Origin: a virus
Lineage: Duplodnaviria; Caudoviricetes
Reading direction: 5' to 3' (one strand)
Virus record (IMG/VR): IMGVR_UViG_3300021352_000011
Span: 1 to 25,433 of that record
Length of the DNA: 25,433 nt
The notes beneath the pieces are model-generated. The model was not told the DNA's origin. It searched no databases and saw only the letters and a list, made by a program, of their open reading frames with translations. Below are positions 23,804 through 25,433 of the stretch, one piece after another. The number at the start of each line of letters is the position of its first letter. Position 1 is the stretch's first letter. Both the position numbers and the translations under genes were made by a program.

Positions 23804-25414
23804 TTACTTTTTTGCTTCCTTTTTAAATGGATCTGCTGTAGCTACAAATTCAAGATCATTTTTAACTGTTATTAAATTATCTCTATCTGTTGTTACAATT
23901 TTAAATGCTCCAGGATTCATATTCTCATGCTGATTCCAAGGTTCATGCATTGGAGCTCTTTGTGATAATGTTCCTAACGCATTATTTGTTGGGAATCCAG
24001 GCAAAATGTGTTTATTAAGAGCTGAAACGATTTTAGCACCTGACGCCATAGGACCATTCATATGAATTGGGTCAGCAGTTTCAAAATGACCGCCACCTGA
24101 CTTAATATGTGAGCCTCCTCCTGATGTAATTATAGTTTCACCATTTGTTTTATACTCAGTACTACCTATTGTAGTAACCCATTGATTGCCTCCGATTAAA
24201 CATTTAAAATCATTAAATGTTTCGATTTGAATATTACCTCTACGTAATTTAATTTCGCCATCTTCACCTAATCCAGTATATGATCCACTTGCTTTAAAAT
24301 CTATATTAGCTCCTGCTTCAACAGTAATATTTCTATCAGCTGTTAAATTTAAATCATTTTCAGTATGAAAACTCATACTATCTTTTGCATAAACATCTAT
24401 TTTTCCATCTGATGTTAATTCGAGCCAAGCTGTTCCTTTCGAATTAGCAATATAAATTAAATCTTCTGTATTATGTAATAAGACTTGGTGCCCAGTTCTT
24501 GTTCTTAATCTAACTAATTCGTTATGTGGTAATTCGCGTGATCCATCTGTTTCGTTAAGTTGTATATTAGCATACTCTGGTGGACCGTCACTTGCTGACG
24601 TTTTTCTTAAAAGTTTATCATTACCATCATCCATTACAAAAGATGTGCCACCTAGTCTACTGCGAGGAGCACTAACTTGTGAATCTTTAAGACCAATTAG
24701 TCCTTTTGGGGCTCCTGGTGTTTTATCAAGTGGACCTGGTGAACTAACTCCAAAGACTGCACTAGGTATTTCTCGTCTAGCACTTGAAGTTGTTGTACCC
24801 CTAAACTCATCTATATAACTACTATCTTCTGTACCAGTAGCAAGTCCTTGAACTATTAATTGATCAAGAAATCTTTTTTGATATGGTTTTAAAAATTTAG
24901 TAGGATCGTGTTTTGTTCCTGTTTCAATTGCTTTATTATACTCAGCTACTGGAATTTTTTTATCTTTAAAGTATTCTGGTGTACTGTCAGTTGTAATTGA
25001 CGTTGATGCTTGATCTGGCATAGCAAAATTCATATATTGGTCTTGTACACATCCTATCCAGTAACATTGATTAGGATTACCTTCTACAAAAATTACTAAA
25101 ACTGTAGTTCCAACATCTGGTGGAATCATCCACCAGCCATAACTTTGTTGACTATATCTATAATCATCATTTTTAGTTACTGAATCAATATTTGTTTGTC
25201 CAGCAAAAGGAGACAAATATTTTGCTTGAAACGTTTGTCCTGGGGTGCTTGGATCATTACCTGATGTAGTTTTTTTTTGTATCTCTACTTCTAACGCACC
25301 CATAAAGTGGGGATCGGCATGACTAACAACTATTGCCTCATAAGGACCTGGATTAGGTCGTTGAGCTACATCTTTAGATATCTTATCAAGTAAAGTGTTT
25401 AAAGGAGATGGCAT
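23804..25414 (-). CDS. Baseplate central spike, gp5/gpV/VgrG-like (OB fold plus beta-helix, no lysozyme domain; 536 aa)
   Basis: N-terminal OB-fold pattern AIVVSHADPHFMGALEV...YGWWMIPPDVGTTVLVIFVEGNPNQCYWIG, then RTRTGHQVLLHN and short beta-strand repeats (GKIDVYAKDSMSFHTENDLNLTADRNITVEAGANIDFKASG) ending at IHMNG. Confidence 0.88.
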   Translation of the reverse strand: MPSPLNTLLDKISKDVAQRPNPGPYEAIVVSHADPHFMGALEVEIQKKTTSGNDPSTPGQTFQAKYLSPFAGQTNIDSVTKNDDYRYSQQSYGWWMIPPDVGTTVLVIFVEGNPNQCYWIGCVQDQYMNFAMPDQASTSITTDSTPEYFKDKKIPVAEYNKAIETGTKHDPTKFLKPYQKRFLDQLIVQGLATGTEDSSYIDEFRGTTTSSARREIPSAVFGVSSPGPLDKTPGAPKGLIGLKDSQVSAPRSRLGGTSFVMDDGNDKLLRKTSASDGPPEYANIQLNETDGSRELPHNELVRLRTRTGHQVLLHNTEDLIYIANSKGTAWLELTSDGKIDVYAKDSMSFHTENDLNLTADRNITVEAGANIDFKASGSYTGLGEDGEIKLRRGNIQIETFNDFKCLIGGNQWVTTIGSTEYKTNGETIITSGGGSHIKSGGGHFETADPIHMNGPMASGAKIVSALNKHILPGFPTNNALGTLSQRAPMHEPWNQHENMNPGAFKIVTTDRDNLITVKNDLEFVATADPFKKEAKK

Positions 25415-25433
25415 TATACGAACCTATTTCCAC
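25414..25433 (-). CDS. Probable 3' end of an upstream gene (..GNRFV*)
   Basis: The TAA at 25414-25416 overlaps the spike ATG (TAATG), the same coupling seen at 2441 and 19855. Only six codons are visible. Confidence 0.4.

Noticed and set aside
1-25433. Bacterial contractile injection system (eCIS, T6SS or tailocin) rather than a phage
   Set aside because: The T4-type gp6 signatures, T4-like late boxes, multiple fibre paralogs and absence of Afp/Tss-specific or host genes favour a large myophage. Capsid genes are outside the window, so this is not formally excluded.
1-25433. Stop-codon reassignment, suggested by the exclusive use of TAA
   Set aside because: More than 8,000 codons read through under the standard code with no in-frame TAG or TGA and near-complete coding density. 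TAA preference fits the AT-rich composition.

Overview
AT-rich window (roughly 30-33% GC by eye), about 99% coding and entirely on the minus strand. It holds the baseplate and tail-fibre module of a large contractile-tailed (myovirus-type, probably jumbo) dsDNA phage. Transcription order, right to left: gp5/VgrG-like central spike without a lysozyme domain (536 aa), gp25-like wedge protein (145 aa), enlarged gp6-like wedge protein (1151 aa), giant multidomain gp7-like protein (4912 aa), a 204-aa structural protein, then at least three paralogous fibre proteins (678 aa, 607 aa, and one cut by the window edge that the ORF track omits) sharing an N-terminal module of about 200 aa. An ATAAATA box resembling the T4 late promoter lies 18-20 nt before three start codons, and three other junctions are TAATG overlaps. 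The most unusual element is the 4912-aa protein. It appears to be a gp7/gpI-type wedge core carrying a seven-repeat FG-GAP-like propeller split by a ~525-aa insertion, four CBM5/12-like motifs, a ligand-less cupredoxin-like domain and tandem GDGST repeats. All family assignments come from motif recognition by eye, with no database searches. No RNA genes, CRISPR arrays, mobile elements or host genes were seen.
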